Positions 51,641 to 64,000 of a stretch of 64,000 bases of DNA are shown one piece after another. Both the position numbers and the translations under genes were made by a program. Each line of letters starts with the position of its first letter. Within the stretch, counting starts at the first letter, position 1. Source of the stretch: Octopus vulgaris (lineage: Eukaryota); the NCBI GenBank assembly GCA_951406725.2, contig OX597815.1, forward strand, positions 49,290,001 to 49,354,000, given 5' to 3'. Under the pieces are notes generated by a model. It saw only the letters and a program-made list of their open reading frames with translations. It searched no databases and was not told the DNA's origin.

Positions 51641-52300
51641 GTATTACTACAATGGAGAAAATCAAAATCTTTGAACTTTCCATATATTTTTTTCTTTAGA
51701 TTTGATGGAGGAAATTTTGTTTAATGCTGTACATTTTCTTCAGACATATACACAGAAAGACAGATATACATGCATATACCAAAAATTACATGTTACACTC
51801 ATAAAAACACACGTAAAACACACATAACATATACAAAGAAAAGCACACACACACACACACTATGACATACTCACACGCACACGAATAAACACACCACACA
51901 CATATATAGATCCTAACATAAGCAGATACATGTAGAAAGCACACAGACATCAGCAGCTAACCCCATTAAATGTATTGACTGTCAAGGTTAAGTCAATAGT
52001 CAGGTACACTTTGACTGTTTATTGGTTATAAGCTTAGATAAATCAACATATGTACACAAAGAACAAATTATGATAAATTACTGATATTGCTGATGAATTG
52101 TCAACCCTGACTTTATGGAGCAAGCTGCCATTTGTTGAATCTTTCTTTCTCACACTGGTCTATTATTTTGTATTATATTAGATCAATTGCTCTTCATGTG
52201 CAGTCAAGTGTTTATTTAATAAAAAGACATTTATATTCTTTGTTCCTTCACTTTCCCTCTCTTTTTAAGAAAAATCAGTCAATTGTCTGGTTATTGTTTT

Positions 52301-52346
<46 letters not shown>

Positions 52347-52966
52347 TATATATGTAAGATTTATTTATGTTCAAGGATCATATGAGTTTATTTTTACACG
52401 TGAAGTATCTGTCCAATAGTGTTTTCAGTATTTGTCATTGAATTTCTTTATAAATCATTGAATTGTATCTGTCGGACTATTTTACTATATATAGTTTATT
52501 ACCTGAGAGACAACACAGTTTAAATTTGCAAATAAAAAGTTCTATACGCCAGGGGTGGACTTAAGGTGAGGCCTGAGGGGTATGTGCCCACCTCAAGAAA
52601 AGAAGTGTTGTCCTTCTAAATAATGTTATGTCCTTTTCTCCTGGAATTATATGCCCATCTGACCTTGTGCCCACCCTTCAAAATATCCCTGGGATCGTGC
52701 CTATGCCGCCCTCTACTATATTATGATTAGTGGAAATTTAGGTAATGATAGAAAAAGACTTTGGAAATAAAGGAAAGTAATCAGAGAAAAGTTTTACTTT
52801 TGTACAATATTTGACTGCAAATAAGGTGCATTTAATAAGGTGAATGAGCTTAACCTTTAGTATTTAAACCAGCCATATCCAGCCTAAATATTCCATTTGT
52901 TTTATGTTGAAAATGGCTAGATTCAACTTCTCACACCAATCCTACAATGTCAGTCTAAAAATAATA

Positions 52967-54115
52967 GAGAAAGTAGGGCATGTGTTAGGGTGGGTGGTGA
53001 AGTGAGTGAGTAGTCTGATGTGAAGGAAGGGTTAAGACAGGGTTGTGTGATATCTCCGTGGCTGTTTAATTTATATATGGATGGGGTGGTGAGAGAAGTG
53101 AATGCTAAAACCTTTGATAGAGGAGCCCAAATGTTGGGAGAAAATGGAGAGAAATGGCAGGTCAGTCAGTTGTTGTTTTTTGCTGGTGGTGGATTCAGAA
53201 AAGCAACTGAGGAGACTGGTGGTAGAGTTTGGAAGAGTGTGTGAGAGGAGGAAACTGAAAGTGAATGTAGCTAAGAGTAAGGTGATGAGATGTTTGAGAG
53301 ATGGAATGGCTGGTAAGATGGATGTGAGTATAAATGGTGAGATATTAGAAAAGGTGAGTATTTTTAAGTATCTGGGATCACATGTGGCATGGAAAAAGTG
53401 GGATATAGAGTGAGGGAGGGGAGTAAGATACTTCGAGTTGCGAAAGGTATGCTGAGAGATAAAAAGTTGAGTATGAAGGTGAAAAGAGGTGTGTATGAGG
53501 GTGTGATTGTGTCGACAATGTTACATGATGTGGGAGCTGAGAGGGGCGGAAAGGAGGGGAGTAGACGTGTTTGAGATGAGATGTTTGAGGGCTATGGTTG
53601 GTGCGACATGGATGGACAGTATGAAGAATGAGGAGGTGCAAAGGTGAGCAGGAATGAGAGCAAACCTAACAACCAAAATGGATAGATGAGTGTGGAGGTG
53701 GTTTCGCACATGGAGAGGTTGAGTGAGGAGCAGCTGGTAAGTGAGGTGATGAAGGCAGAAGTGGTAGGCAGCTGAACCAGATGCAGACCTCGGTTTGTGT
53801 GGATGGATGGAGTAGGGAAAGCTTTAATGGTTAGAGGCAATGGAGTGAGAGAGGCAAGGAAGTTTATAAATGATAGGAAAGCTTGGAGAGTGTTCGGGGA
53901 CAGATGAGTGAACTTGATGTTGCTCAGAGGAGTATGGAACCTGCATAATGTGGTGGGAGTAAACCAGCATATGGTGTTGGGCACTGCTGTTGATATTGGG
54001 GGTTGCATTCCATGCCTTGACCTGAGCATAGGATGGGGATCACCTCTTTGAGCTGGGAAATGAATGGAATGCCCAGTGTGTGTCTTGTGGCAAAATGGGG
54101 AATAGGCTTGGGTAC
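52967..54115 (+). pseudogene. 5'-truncated RTE-BovB-like LINE (RT C-half, 3' ORF region and 3' UTR)
   Basis: GLRQGCVISPWLFNLYMDGVVREVN, QLLFFA (the YADD-equivalent is partly deleted), SEKQLRRLVVEFGRVCERRKLKVNVAKSKVM, FKYLGS, VFEMRCLR. Frameshifted; ends at (TA)n. Confidence 0.92.
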
Positions 54116-54247
54116 ATATATATATATATACATTAAATAAAATGAAAATATTTTAATCAAATAAAATTACAAATTATTAATTGTCACTATTTGTTAGTTC
54201 AACTGCATTGCCTTGAAAAATGTGGATTACAATAAAAAATGCAGACA

Positions 54248-54563
54248 CGGCACATAAAAAGCACCATCCGAACGTGGCCGATGCCAGCACCGCCTTGGCT
54301 GGCTTCCGTGCCGGTGGCACGTTAAAAGCACCAACTGATCATGGCCAATGCCGGACTCCCCTGGCACCTGTGCAGGTGGCACGTAAAAAGCACCCACTAC
54401 ACTCGCGGAGTGGTTGGCGTGAGGAAGGGCATCAAGCTGTAGAAACTCTGCCAGATCAGACTGGAGCCTGGTGCAGCCCCTGGCTTCCCAGACCCCGGCC
54501 GAACCGTCCAACCCGTGCTAGCGCAGAAAACGGACGTTAAACGATGATGATGATGATGATGAT
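54248..54563 (+). mobile_element. SINE family B, CpG-rich (young) copy
   Basis: Three ggcac(g/a)t(a/t)aaa..gcacc units, ggttggcgtgaggaagggcatc, tail ggacgttaaacgatgatgat. Many CpGs retained. Confidence 0.9.
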
Positions 54564-54859
54564 GGAGGATAATATTCTTAAGTTATTCAACCTGGAAAAG
54601 TAAAGGACAGTTTTTACCCCTGCAAAAGTACAGGACAAGCATATTTATACTTAAAATATTGCAGCTACAGTTAAAATTTTAAAATATATTTAGATTTAAA
54701 AATTAGAAATAATAGCTTTTATTAGTTACTCTATAATTAAAAAATTAACTCAAATAATAAATTTAAGGTAAAAATTAGCAAAAATTTTTAAATTTCAATA
54801 ACCCCATTAAAAATGCTTTTTCAGTTACAAGTTTTTAAATGCAATACTCCCTTGCCACA

Positions 54860-55073
54860 TTGTGGTTTACCTATCATGGTTCACCTATCGTGGTTTATTA
54901 TTTAAGCTTATGTAAATTCCTCAGTGGTGTTGTTTTGCATTTATAATAAAATAAATATATGCAAATTATAAAAATAGTTTAAAACTATACAGTACTGTTT
55001 TTACTTCACAGATTTTCACCTATAGTGAGAGATTTTGGAATGTTACACCCACGATAGTCGAGGGATTACTGTA
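54860..55073. mobile_element. Tigger/pogo-like MITE remnant (right end)
   Basis: Repeated cctatc(a/g)tggtt motifs and terminus cgatagtcgagggattactg|TA. Confidence 0.55.
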
Positions 55074-55458
55074 CTCCCATATCTATATGGAGTGGGTATA
55101 TTGAGGGATTTATCTCCCCCGACATTCCATACTATTTGAGCTATGCAACCCCTTGCCAAGAAGAATTCTTTATATGGTAGTATACTAACCACCACCAAGT
55201 AAATAAATTTAATTAGGAAGAGTACCCTGCTCTCCAGAAAATATCACTGTACCCTCCCCTAAGCCTCAACCACATCATAAAAGTAGCAACTGAACTACCC
55301 TTTTTTGAAATTTCCAGATCAACCTTGTGGTATCTTTATCAATGAATCATAGTTTGCCAACTTTTATCAAAAAGATGAGCAAAAAAGGAATTTCAGTTGA
55401 ATACTAAAGAACTGTTAGTAGTTCTTAAAAACTTGTAATTGAAAAGACATTTCTAATG

Positions 55459-55856
55459 GGTGCAGGCATGGCTGTGTGGTAAGAAGCTTGCTTGTCAACC
55501 ACATGGTTCTGCATTCAGTCCCACTGCATGGAATCTTAGGCAAGTATCTTCTACTCTAGCCTCAGGCCAACCAAAGCCTTGTGAATGGATTTAACAGATG
55601 GAAACTGAAAGAAGCCTATCACACACACACATATATATATATATGTGTGCGTGTGTCTGTGTTTGTCCCCCCACCCCATCGCTTGATAACTGTTTTTGGA
55701 GTGTTAACATCCCTGTAACTTAGCGGTTCAGCAAAAGAGACCGATAGAATATGTACTACAAAGAATAAGTTCTGGGGTTGATTTGTTCAACTAAAGGTGA
55801 TACCCCAGCATGGACACAGTCAAATGACTGAAACAAGTAAAAGAATAAAAGAATAA
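55459..55856 (+). mobile_element. SINE family A, full length
   Basis: Collinear with 15684-16085. Confidence 0.9.
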
Positions 55857-56231
55857 GAGAATGGGACTACTGAAATTCTTTTTACTGTTTGCTAACTGTT
55901 AGCCTTAAATTTATTATTTGAGTAAATTTCTTAATTGTTATAGAGTAGCTAATATAAGCTATTATTTTTAGTTTTTTAATCTGAATATATTTTAAAATTA
56001 CAATTATAGCTGCAATATTTTAAGTATAAATATGCTTGTCCTGTGCTTTTGCAGGTGTAATAATTTTTACTGTACTTTTCCAGGTTTAATAACTGAAGAA
56101 TATTAACCTCCATGTGTCTGCAGTTTGCATTGTAACATATATACATACATAAAGTGTATAGTATTATAAAAAGAAGAATAAAGAATTTCAAACTCTATGG
56201 TTATTTCAAGTTAGCTTATTCATATGTGTGT

Positions 56232-56274
<43 letters not shown>

Positions 56275-57679
56275 AAATTTTGATGTGTACACTTTACTCT
56301 AATGTAAGTAGATCATCTGGAATTGAGTGATGTCACATATGTTAAGGGCAAGACTTATTTTCCATCCTTTGTATGATACTACCTCTTAAGAAGTACTTGG
56401 AGGAATTTGCAATTTTACATTATAATTCAAACTAGAACAGAAATGAGATTGTACTAGTCACTTAGATTTTCTTTAACAGAAAAGCTGAAGTAGTACATAG
56501 GTAAACATCCGTTTCATTTTGTTAGATCTTTAATACTTGTAGAATTGAAACCCTAAGAAAAACCAATCACTTGGCCTACTTTTGTTGACTTTTTGATAAC
56601 TCTGCTTTCAGTAATTGTTAATATCTAGAGATAGAAGCACATAATAATGTAACAGCTTATAAGAAGTCCATAAGCTTCATCTGTAAGCCTTTAGGCTTAT
56701 TTATTTTCCATTTACACAATATTTTTTGAAAGTTTTGAAATTCAGACAAAAACAACAGCTAATTCAATACAAAATCAATAGAGTATTTTTTTTATTGCTT
56801 AACATCATTTTTAACAGGTTCCAAATGATAGGAGAAAATATATGTCGTAATTCATTTAAATTTTATATCTCTTTACCACAGATGCACAACATGCTTTAAG
56901 AATCATACTTTTTAAGCAAATGTACAAATGTCTATCAACTGTTATGTGGAGCATCTAAAGTTTTAATTACTGACTTAAAAACCCCAATCCTTCCTGCAGA
57001 TACAGTCCATGATTGAAATCTTTACTTATCAGGGTGCACTAACCTGATATCATGATATTCATCTGATACAAGCTGCAGAAGACACAGGTGTTAGGTAATC
57101 TCTATTATTCTTTCATCAGTTATTTTGGCTCTACAATTATTTCAGTGGTTCTTTAATTCAGTTTACAGAATTATTCAATCTATACCAGTAAAAGAAATTG
57201 GAAGTAAAACAGCTTGACTAAATAAATAAAGGGAAAGAATTTAAAAAAAATAATCTAATAAAAACTGACCATTCTAAAACCTTAGTTGCAAACAGGAATT
57301 GAATTTGCTTGATATTTTGGGTTTAGAAGTCATGCTGGGGTCTTAACTTTTCTGCTTGGAATGGATTGGTAATTTTTACCTCAAGCTCCTAATCATGACT
57401 GAACATTTGAACAGGACATCTTGTTCACAAATATTCTGATTATTTAACCCCAAACTTCAATAAAAATCTTTTTATAGCAAAGATACCAAAACTAAGCACT
57501 TTACATTGTTAATTTCACTTTTCTTTACAAACTGGATTTGAAAGAACTGGATCTCTTATCAACTGGTTTTAACCAACTACCTCGAATAGATATTCTATTT
57601 GTGAATGTAGACAGTTTACTGTATGTATGTGCAACCCAGGCTATATGTTAAAATCTACATATAATATAAACAAAATTTA

Positions 57680-57749
<70 letters not shown>

Positions 57750-59651
57750 CATGCATATACATAACTCCATTAACTAATTGCCAAAGATTTACACTTCGTT
57801 TTTGTGGTTTGAAAATAAAATTAGTCTTTTTCTGATGTTTCTTTTCAGTATCACTAGCCTTTGTCATAACAATAACAGTTGATGGCAGAAAGCACTAGGA
57901 ACAGAGAATTGACTCAGCAAAACATTCTTAAATAAGATTTGGTACCAACTATTCCATGAGTAAAAGTAAAGAAAATGGAAAAGAAAATTCCAATCAAACA
58001 AGCTGAGATTTCGACAGTGTGTACAGGGGAAATGGATGAAATCGGTAGACTAAATGAAAAGTCTGGGGATAAAGGGGAAAAGCAGAAACAGAAGAAAGAT
58101 GTAATATATGCAAAAATAAAAAGGTAAGAAAAATAAAATAGAATATAAAAAACATGTGTAAGAGAAAAATTGTCTCTGGCTAAGAACTATTTATACTTCA
58201 CAAAAAATCAAGTGTTGTTTGCCAAAGGCTTTCTGACATCAGCAATCTTGGTGCAAGAAGACTATGCTACATTTTTCTTTTTTTCTTTTCTCAAAGAATT
58301 TGATGGTTTCTTTCTAATATTGTATGCCATGGAAATCTATTACAAGTGGTGAAATGAAAGGAACTTGTTGCATTTTTATTAGCATTTTTGTTGTATGCAT
58401 GCAAAAAAGGATCTATCCTCATCTGCACCCCCAAATATATATCAACAACAGAAGTGATGAGATCAATCTAAAAAAATAACAAAAGCCAATAAAAAAAATC
58501 AATGGTAAAAAATAAAAGAATTAGGGGATGAAAGCACAATCCCAGACAAAATATAAAAATGTATAAAATATAAAAATAAATTCAGCAAACATAAGAGACA
58601 CAGACCAAATCTTTCTAAACAAAAGGTTTAAGAGGATAGGCAATCAAACCATTACTAACCTCCTTACATAAGACGGCTTTGTGATTATAGCTTGATTCTA
58701 AAAGATTTCAAGAAAAAAAAACATAAAATGAATAAAATATTAAAATAAAATAAAAATTCATTCGTTGGAAATATCTTTTGACATTGGAAAGGCATATATC
58801 TAATCTTGAGACATGAGGGAAAGTAAATATCTTTAATGTTCAAATGCACAGCAGAATCACAGGTTAAAGTATGTACATTGTAAACAACACAGCTAATTCA
58901 ACAGAACAATAGATGTGTAAAAGTCTTAAATAGTAGACTGACTGTCCTCAACTTAGAATCAGATAAACGATAAATAATTATGTTAACTGAACAATATGGC
59001 TTTAGACAATATGTATTCATATCAACTAAACTATAGACATCTCAGATACATAGGTATCGAAAATATCTCCAGGTGAAGAAGATCAAAGGTAAGATGAAGA
59101 AGACACTAAATGTCATGAGTTCAATTCTTAAGATATTATAAAGAACATTATCATCAAATATTTTTAGTAGTGAATTTGTTAAGAATTGGCCAGTAATGGT
59201 AGGTGATCATCAAATTTGATTCCTACTGTATTCTAGGTTTTGGTTAGTCAGTTATGCCCAACAGAAAGAGATGGATGTCTGTTTTTACCTTAGTATAGGA
59301 TGAAATAAATACCAGACTTTCAGGCCTTGTGCCTATTAGTAGAAAGGATATTTAGTACCAGGTCAGCACAGATTAAGAAGACCTATGATCAAAGACATTT
59401 CAGGTGTGATCACACTAATGTTTTTGAGAGATTTCTTTAGGAAGCTAAGAACTCTCTCAATCAAGCACTAAAACTGAGCTGTATATATTGCATATATCAC
59501 TTTGTACAGCACTTTGTTCTATTAGTAATGTAGCTTAACCAAGGACTTAATTAGTGATTATGAAGAACAAGTTTATATACATACTTACAAATAGATAAAT
59601 AAAAGATATAGGGGACACAAGCCCACTAAAATGTCAGACACATACAGATTC

Positions 59652-59688
<37 letters not shown>

Positions 59689-60104
59689 TACATATATATG
59701 TATATATATGTATACATACACATATACATGTATAATACTACATCTAACACATATTTTTTACCTCTTAATTAAAGACTAATTTATTACCCTTTTTCTGAAA
59801 TAAAATATGCTTTTTCTCTTCTTTTCACCCCTTATCTCTCTTTCTATCAACTCCACTATTTTAAATTTTCTTTCTCTCTTTTCCTCAGCATGCCCCTGTG
59901 TTAAGTGCTATTTCTATTTCACATCAAAGCAGTTGATTATGGGATAAAATTTTGATCCTAAATTTTCATCAAAAAGGCTTATAGAAATTCAAACTGAGTT
60001 TGAGTTTAAAACTACAAAGAATGCTTATTTTTTCAATACCCACTTTAGCATGCCAGTTAACAAATTGCTGTTGTTGCTGTTTTTGATTTCTTGATATTAA
60101 TTAA

Positions 60105-60300
60105 CAAAACTGTTAGCACACCAGACAAATTGCTTTGCAGTATTTTGTCTGTCTTTACAAATTCTGCTGAGGTCAACTTTGTCTTTCATTGTTTTGGGGT
60201 TAATGAAATAAGTGCCTGTTGATCCCTGGGGTTGATGTAACCAACTAACCCCCGCCACTGAATCTCAGGTCTTGTGCCTATAGTAGAAAGGATATTATTT
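60105..60300 (+). mobile_element. SINE family C
   Basis: gttagcacaccagacaaattgct...gaggtcaactttgtctttcat...cttgtgcctatagtagaaaggatattatt. Confidence 0.8.
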
Positions 60301-60589
60301 AGTACCTGGTCAGCACAAATTAAAAAGACCTATGATCAAAGGCCTTCCAGCTGTGATCATACCAATGTTTTTATCTATTCTATATCATGGATTACATTGT
60401 CCAGTAAATTGTTATTTAATCCTTTTGTTACAAAGTACATTCCAGATGTTTTGAGAGTTTTCAGTAGAGACATTTCTTTCTTTCAATGAATCATAAATTC
60501 TAATCTCCTTCAAAGTAAGAGCCTCTGACTTCAATGAACTTGTTGTTGTGCTCCAGCCACTTTGTGCAGGCCTCATGAAAATCCTCCAA

Positions 60590-60685
60590 AGTGGCTGTGT
60601 GGTAAGTGGCTTGCTTATGAACCACATGGTTCTGGGTTCAGTCCCACTGTGTGGCACCTTGTGCAAATGTCTTCTACTATAGTTA
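60590..60685 (+). mobile_element. SINE family A head
   Basis: gtggctgtgtggtaagtggcttgc...gggttcagtcccactg. Confidence 0.8.
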
Positions 60686-61954
60686 TAACTATCTCTCCTA
60701 AAAAATGTTTCATATTTTCTGGAATGCACCTTGTAACATATGTCAGTTGAAATACACTGCTTTGCTTCGATTAATTTTGAAGTAATGAACAATTTAGTAT
60801 AACTATCAATATTACTATCAAATAACTATCAAATAACTATCAATATTAAGCTGGTATTTAGAACATGGATTACCTGGAAAAGTTGCTGGAAGATTTTAAT
60901 TTAGGTAACTTTAAAACAAGGAATTTGTATAATAGAACCAAGGGTGGCTGGAGATTTGAAGGAGATTTCGTTGGAGTTTCTAGTAAGTGGAATAAGTACA
61001 TAAACCTGTACTCATTGGCTCAAATGCTTCAGTGATTGGTTTATGGGAAAACTGCTTTTTATGTCAATATCTGAAGGTATAACACTTTCTCTGACAAAAC
61101 TTACCAAACTGCAGCGGTTCCTTAATGAGTCAATCTCTTTCCATAATAAAATAGTTGCTACATGATATCAGGGAGTATTAGAACAAATTTGGTTTGAAAT
61201 TGGATCAAGCTTTGCTTCAACATTTTATCCTTGACTATCTATCACTGCATAATGAATTGTGACATGATCTTCTACAGCAAGTTCATCCATCACATTACAA
61301 AGTGTAGTGAAACTGTGGTATTCACCAATATTCAATAATAGACAGTCTTTGGTACACATGACAGATCAAACTGACTGAGGTAATGAGGAAACAATGACTG
61401 TAATAACAACAGCAGCAAGAATACCAGCAGTGTGTAGGTAGTATGGCCTTAGACTATGCAAAAACATGGCATATTGCTTCACATGTAAGTAACTCTCAAA
61501 TATTAAATAAACTGCTTCTGTGCCATAAGACATGTTGAGTAAAGCTGCTTAGTGCTACACAATTCTAATGAAGAATTTGATGTTTCATAACATCCATCTC
61601 GCTTCTACTTTCTCAACAAATTTGATTGCACATTTCCATATCATAATTAAAGATAATTTTCCAAATCAAAATCAAACAAACATACAAACAAAAAAAAAAA
61701 AAAGAAGATAGAGAAGATGAGAAAGAAAAGAAAAACTCTTTCATGCAAGATCTAATGTTGCAAAATTGTAGAGAATTAGAACTCTGGCAATATATAATGA
61801 GTACATGGAGACATTCTAGATATATACAGCAGTTAAGAGACGACAAATTACAGATCAGAAAGAAATCACAGATTACAATTTATGAATTTCAAATGGAATA
61901 TGAACTCATTAAAAGTATGAATCATGAAATGACAAACCAAATAAATAAATATAA

Positions 61955-62011
<57 letters not shown>

Positions 62012-62034
62012 CATACATATATATGTGTGTGTGG

Positions 62035-62082
<48 letters not shown>

Positions 62083-62597
62083 GTATATACATAAACACTA
62101 AATGATAAATAAAAGAGACAAATGAAAGCAGTGAAGAATTAATTCAGATAGAAAGGAATATACAATACTTGGTCAACTAAGTGCCATATATAATATCATT
62201 TGCTAACAGGACCACTGCTCGGTTCGCCTTGGAATTCAATTATAGTGAAAAATCAACAAGCGATGAGAGTGAATTTAATTTGCTTTGTTGCCATACTATA
62301 TTACGTACTGTTGGCGGGGGGTGTAATTAAATGAAGCGAACGCTGATGAAAGCTTGCAGTCTCGTCTGAAAGCGACCAAAGCATCTAAGTATGCAATTAA
62401 TTAACAAAATAATGTCCAATGTTGTCGAGTCACATCAGGTAGAAAGTATATCATTCGCTTGCATTTGATTATAGCTGACAGAAGCGTAACTGTCAGATAT
62501 AATCAAATGCTTCACGGATAACGATTATCTCATTTTAAAGACTGGAATATAAACATGCTAATATGTGTATGAATATATATCTATCTATCTATCTATC

Positions 62598-62637
<40 letters not shown>

Positions 62638-62881
62638 CTTTGTGCATTTATATGTATATGATATGTATGCAGGATATGTATGCATATCCATATGTCTGCA
62701 GGTGTCTAAGGGTGTGTGTGTATAAATATATATATGTATGTGTATATATATATGTAGATAGATAGATATAGATATATACATATAAATATTTAAATATATA
62801 TAAATACATTTGTACATATATATATAAATATTAACAAATATATACTTCTATTCACATTATGTATAATATGTGTATATATAT

Positions 62882-62912
<31 letters not shown>

Positions 62913-63288
62913 GTATGTATGTATGTACATATGCACATTTATGGAAACAGTTTTGTGTATATCTCAATAAATGCGTAAAAAACATAAACAAATAAACATG
63001 ACAACTACAATATCAACATGAGCAATACATATGTACAAGGGGCCGTATGCAGCAAAACGACACATTAACTACAGAGAAAGGTGTACTCATATGATTGATT
63101 AACAAAGAAGTAAATGATGGACAAAAACAATAAATAAAACACAAACAAATGAATAAATTATTGCATTGCCATTTTATAAATCACTTTCCTTTTATTTTAA
63201 ATGAGGTTCTTTATGTCTTTTATTTCATTTTGTATTTCATTTTATTCATGAAATATGGCAAATATTTCTAGGAATCTAATAGGATGAA

Positions 63289-63329
<41 letters not shown>

Positions 63330-63510
63330 TGTATATATATACATATATATACATATATATGTATATGTATACACAGACACACACAACTATATACACATAT
63401 ATATTGATCTGTACATTTCATGTATTACTGTTTTCTCTCTCTCTGTATATATATATATATATATAATTCATACATACATATATACGCACATATATATATA
63501 TATATATATA

Positions 63511-63720
63511 GGCACATGGCCTAGTGCTTAGGGTGATGCACTCACAATCACTAGACTACAGGTTCAATTCCCTGACCAAGCAGCATGTTGTGTTCTTGAG
63601 CAACACTCTTCATTTCATATTGCTTTGATATGTAATGGAGTGCCAGAATTGTTAATGAATCGGCAGAAATGCTTTGCAGTATATCTTCTGGCTCTCTATA
63701 TTCTGAGCTCAAATCCTATC
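63511..63720 (+). mobile_element. SINE family D head followed by a family C head fragment
   Basis: ggcacatggcctagtgcttaggg...ggttcaattccc...tgttcttgagcaacac; gccagaattgttaatg...ttctgagctcaaatc. Confidence 0.7.
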
Positions 63721-63900
63721 TGCTTGGAGATGTCAATGGGAAACCACTATAGCACTCATCCCAAGTCTAGTCATGGATGGTTGTAGTTCCAATAATCTGA
63801 TATAGAGGGTGCTGGTGAAAGTCAGCATGCACAGGACCTGCCCCAGAGCAGACCACCACAAGACTAGGTTGGACTAAACAGAATAGGAGGGAACACATGG

Positions 63901-63945
63901 GATGTGTGACAAAAGATGTGTGACAAAAGATGTGTGACAAAAGAT
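63901..63945. repeat. 14-bp tandem repeat (gatgtgtgacaaaa)x3
   Basis: Direct inspection. Confidence 0.9.
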
Positions 63946-64000
63946 TTCCAGAAAACGTATAAAATAAGAACCATAATGCACAAGTGAAGAATGAACATAT

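Larger units (their letters stand above)
54226..56136. mobile_element. ~1.9-kb region bounded by ~250-bp AT-rich inverted repeats with three nested insertions
   Basis: 54565-54785 is the reverse complement of ~55885-56111. The match continues (tgcagacac/gtgtctgca) on the far side of the SINE at 54248-54563. Confidence 0.75.

Noticed and set aside
52550-52705. Possible Harbinger-type MITE (also ~24895-25080)
   Set aside because: Termini are only loosely complementary and no TSD could be identified; too degenerate to call.
57830-58130. Acceptor/donor pair suggesting an exon (also ~57000-57095 and a 16-nt candidate at ~59073)
   Set aside because: Stops in all frames or a frame-breaking length; no supporting evidence.

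Overview
Eukaryotic, AT-rich, CpG-depleted, microsatellite-saturated DNA with no supportable host protein-coding gene. Almost every ORF in the track is a translated (TA)n/(CA)n/(GAT)n/(AAT)n repeat or SINE. The repeat landscape (several tRNA-headed SINE families, RTE LINE fragments, Tc1/mariner and hAT relics) resembles octopus/cephalopod intronic or intergenic sequence; that assignment is inference from recalled repeat families. Decayed transposon coding relics: a hAT/Buster transposase C-terminus, a mariner, a maT/DD37D-like element, a Tc1-type foldback, five RTE-clade LINE fragments and a non-autonomous Helitron. The most notable signal is several unrelated short elements carrying type I hammerhead ribozyme motifs in Penelope-like or retrozyme-like arrangements: (i) a near-intact hammerhead at 21369-21414 inside a ~325-bp partial tandem repeat with an inverted copy; (ii) a tRNA-headed SINE whose 3' part carries a minimal Penelope-type hammerhead (21741-22078; 41250-41610 with an inverted tail and 12-bp flanking duplication); (iii) an inverted pair of hammerheads with an unusually long stem II (13419-13504 and 14688-14772). 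All structures were read by eye; none was computed or searched against a database.
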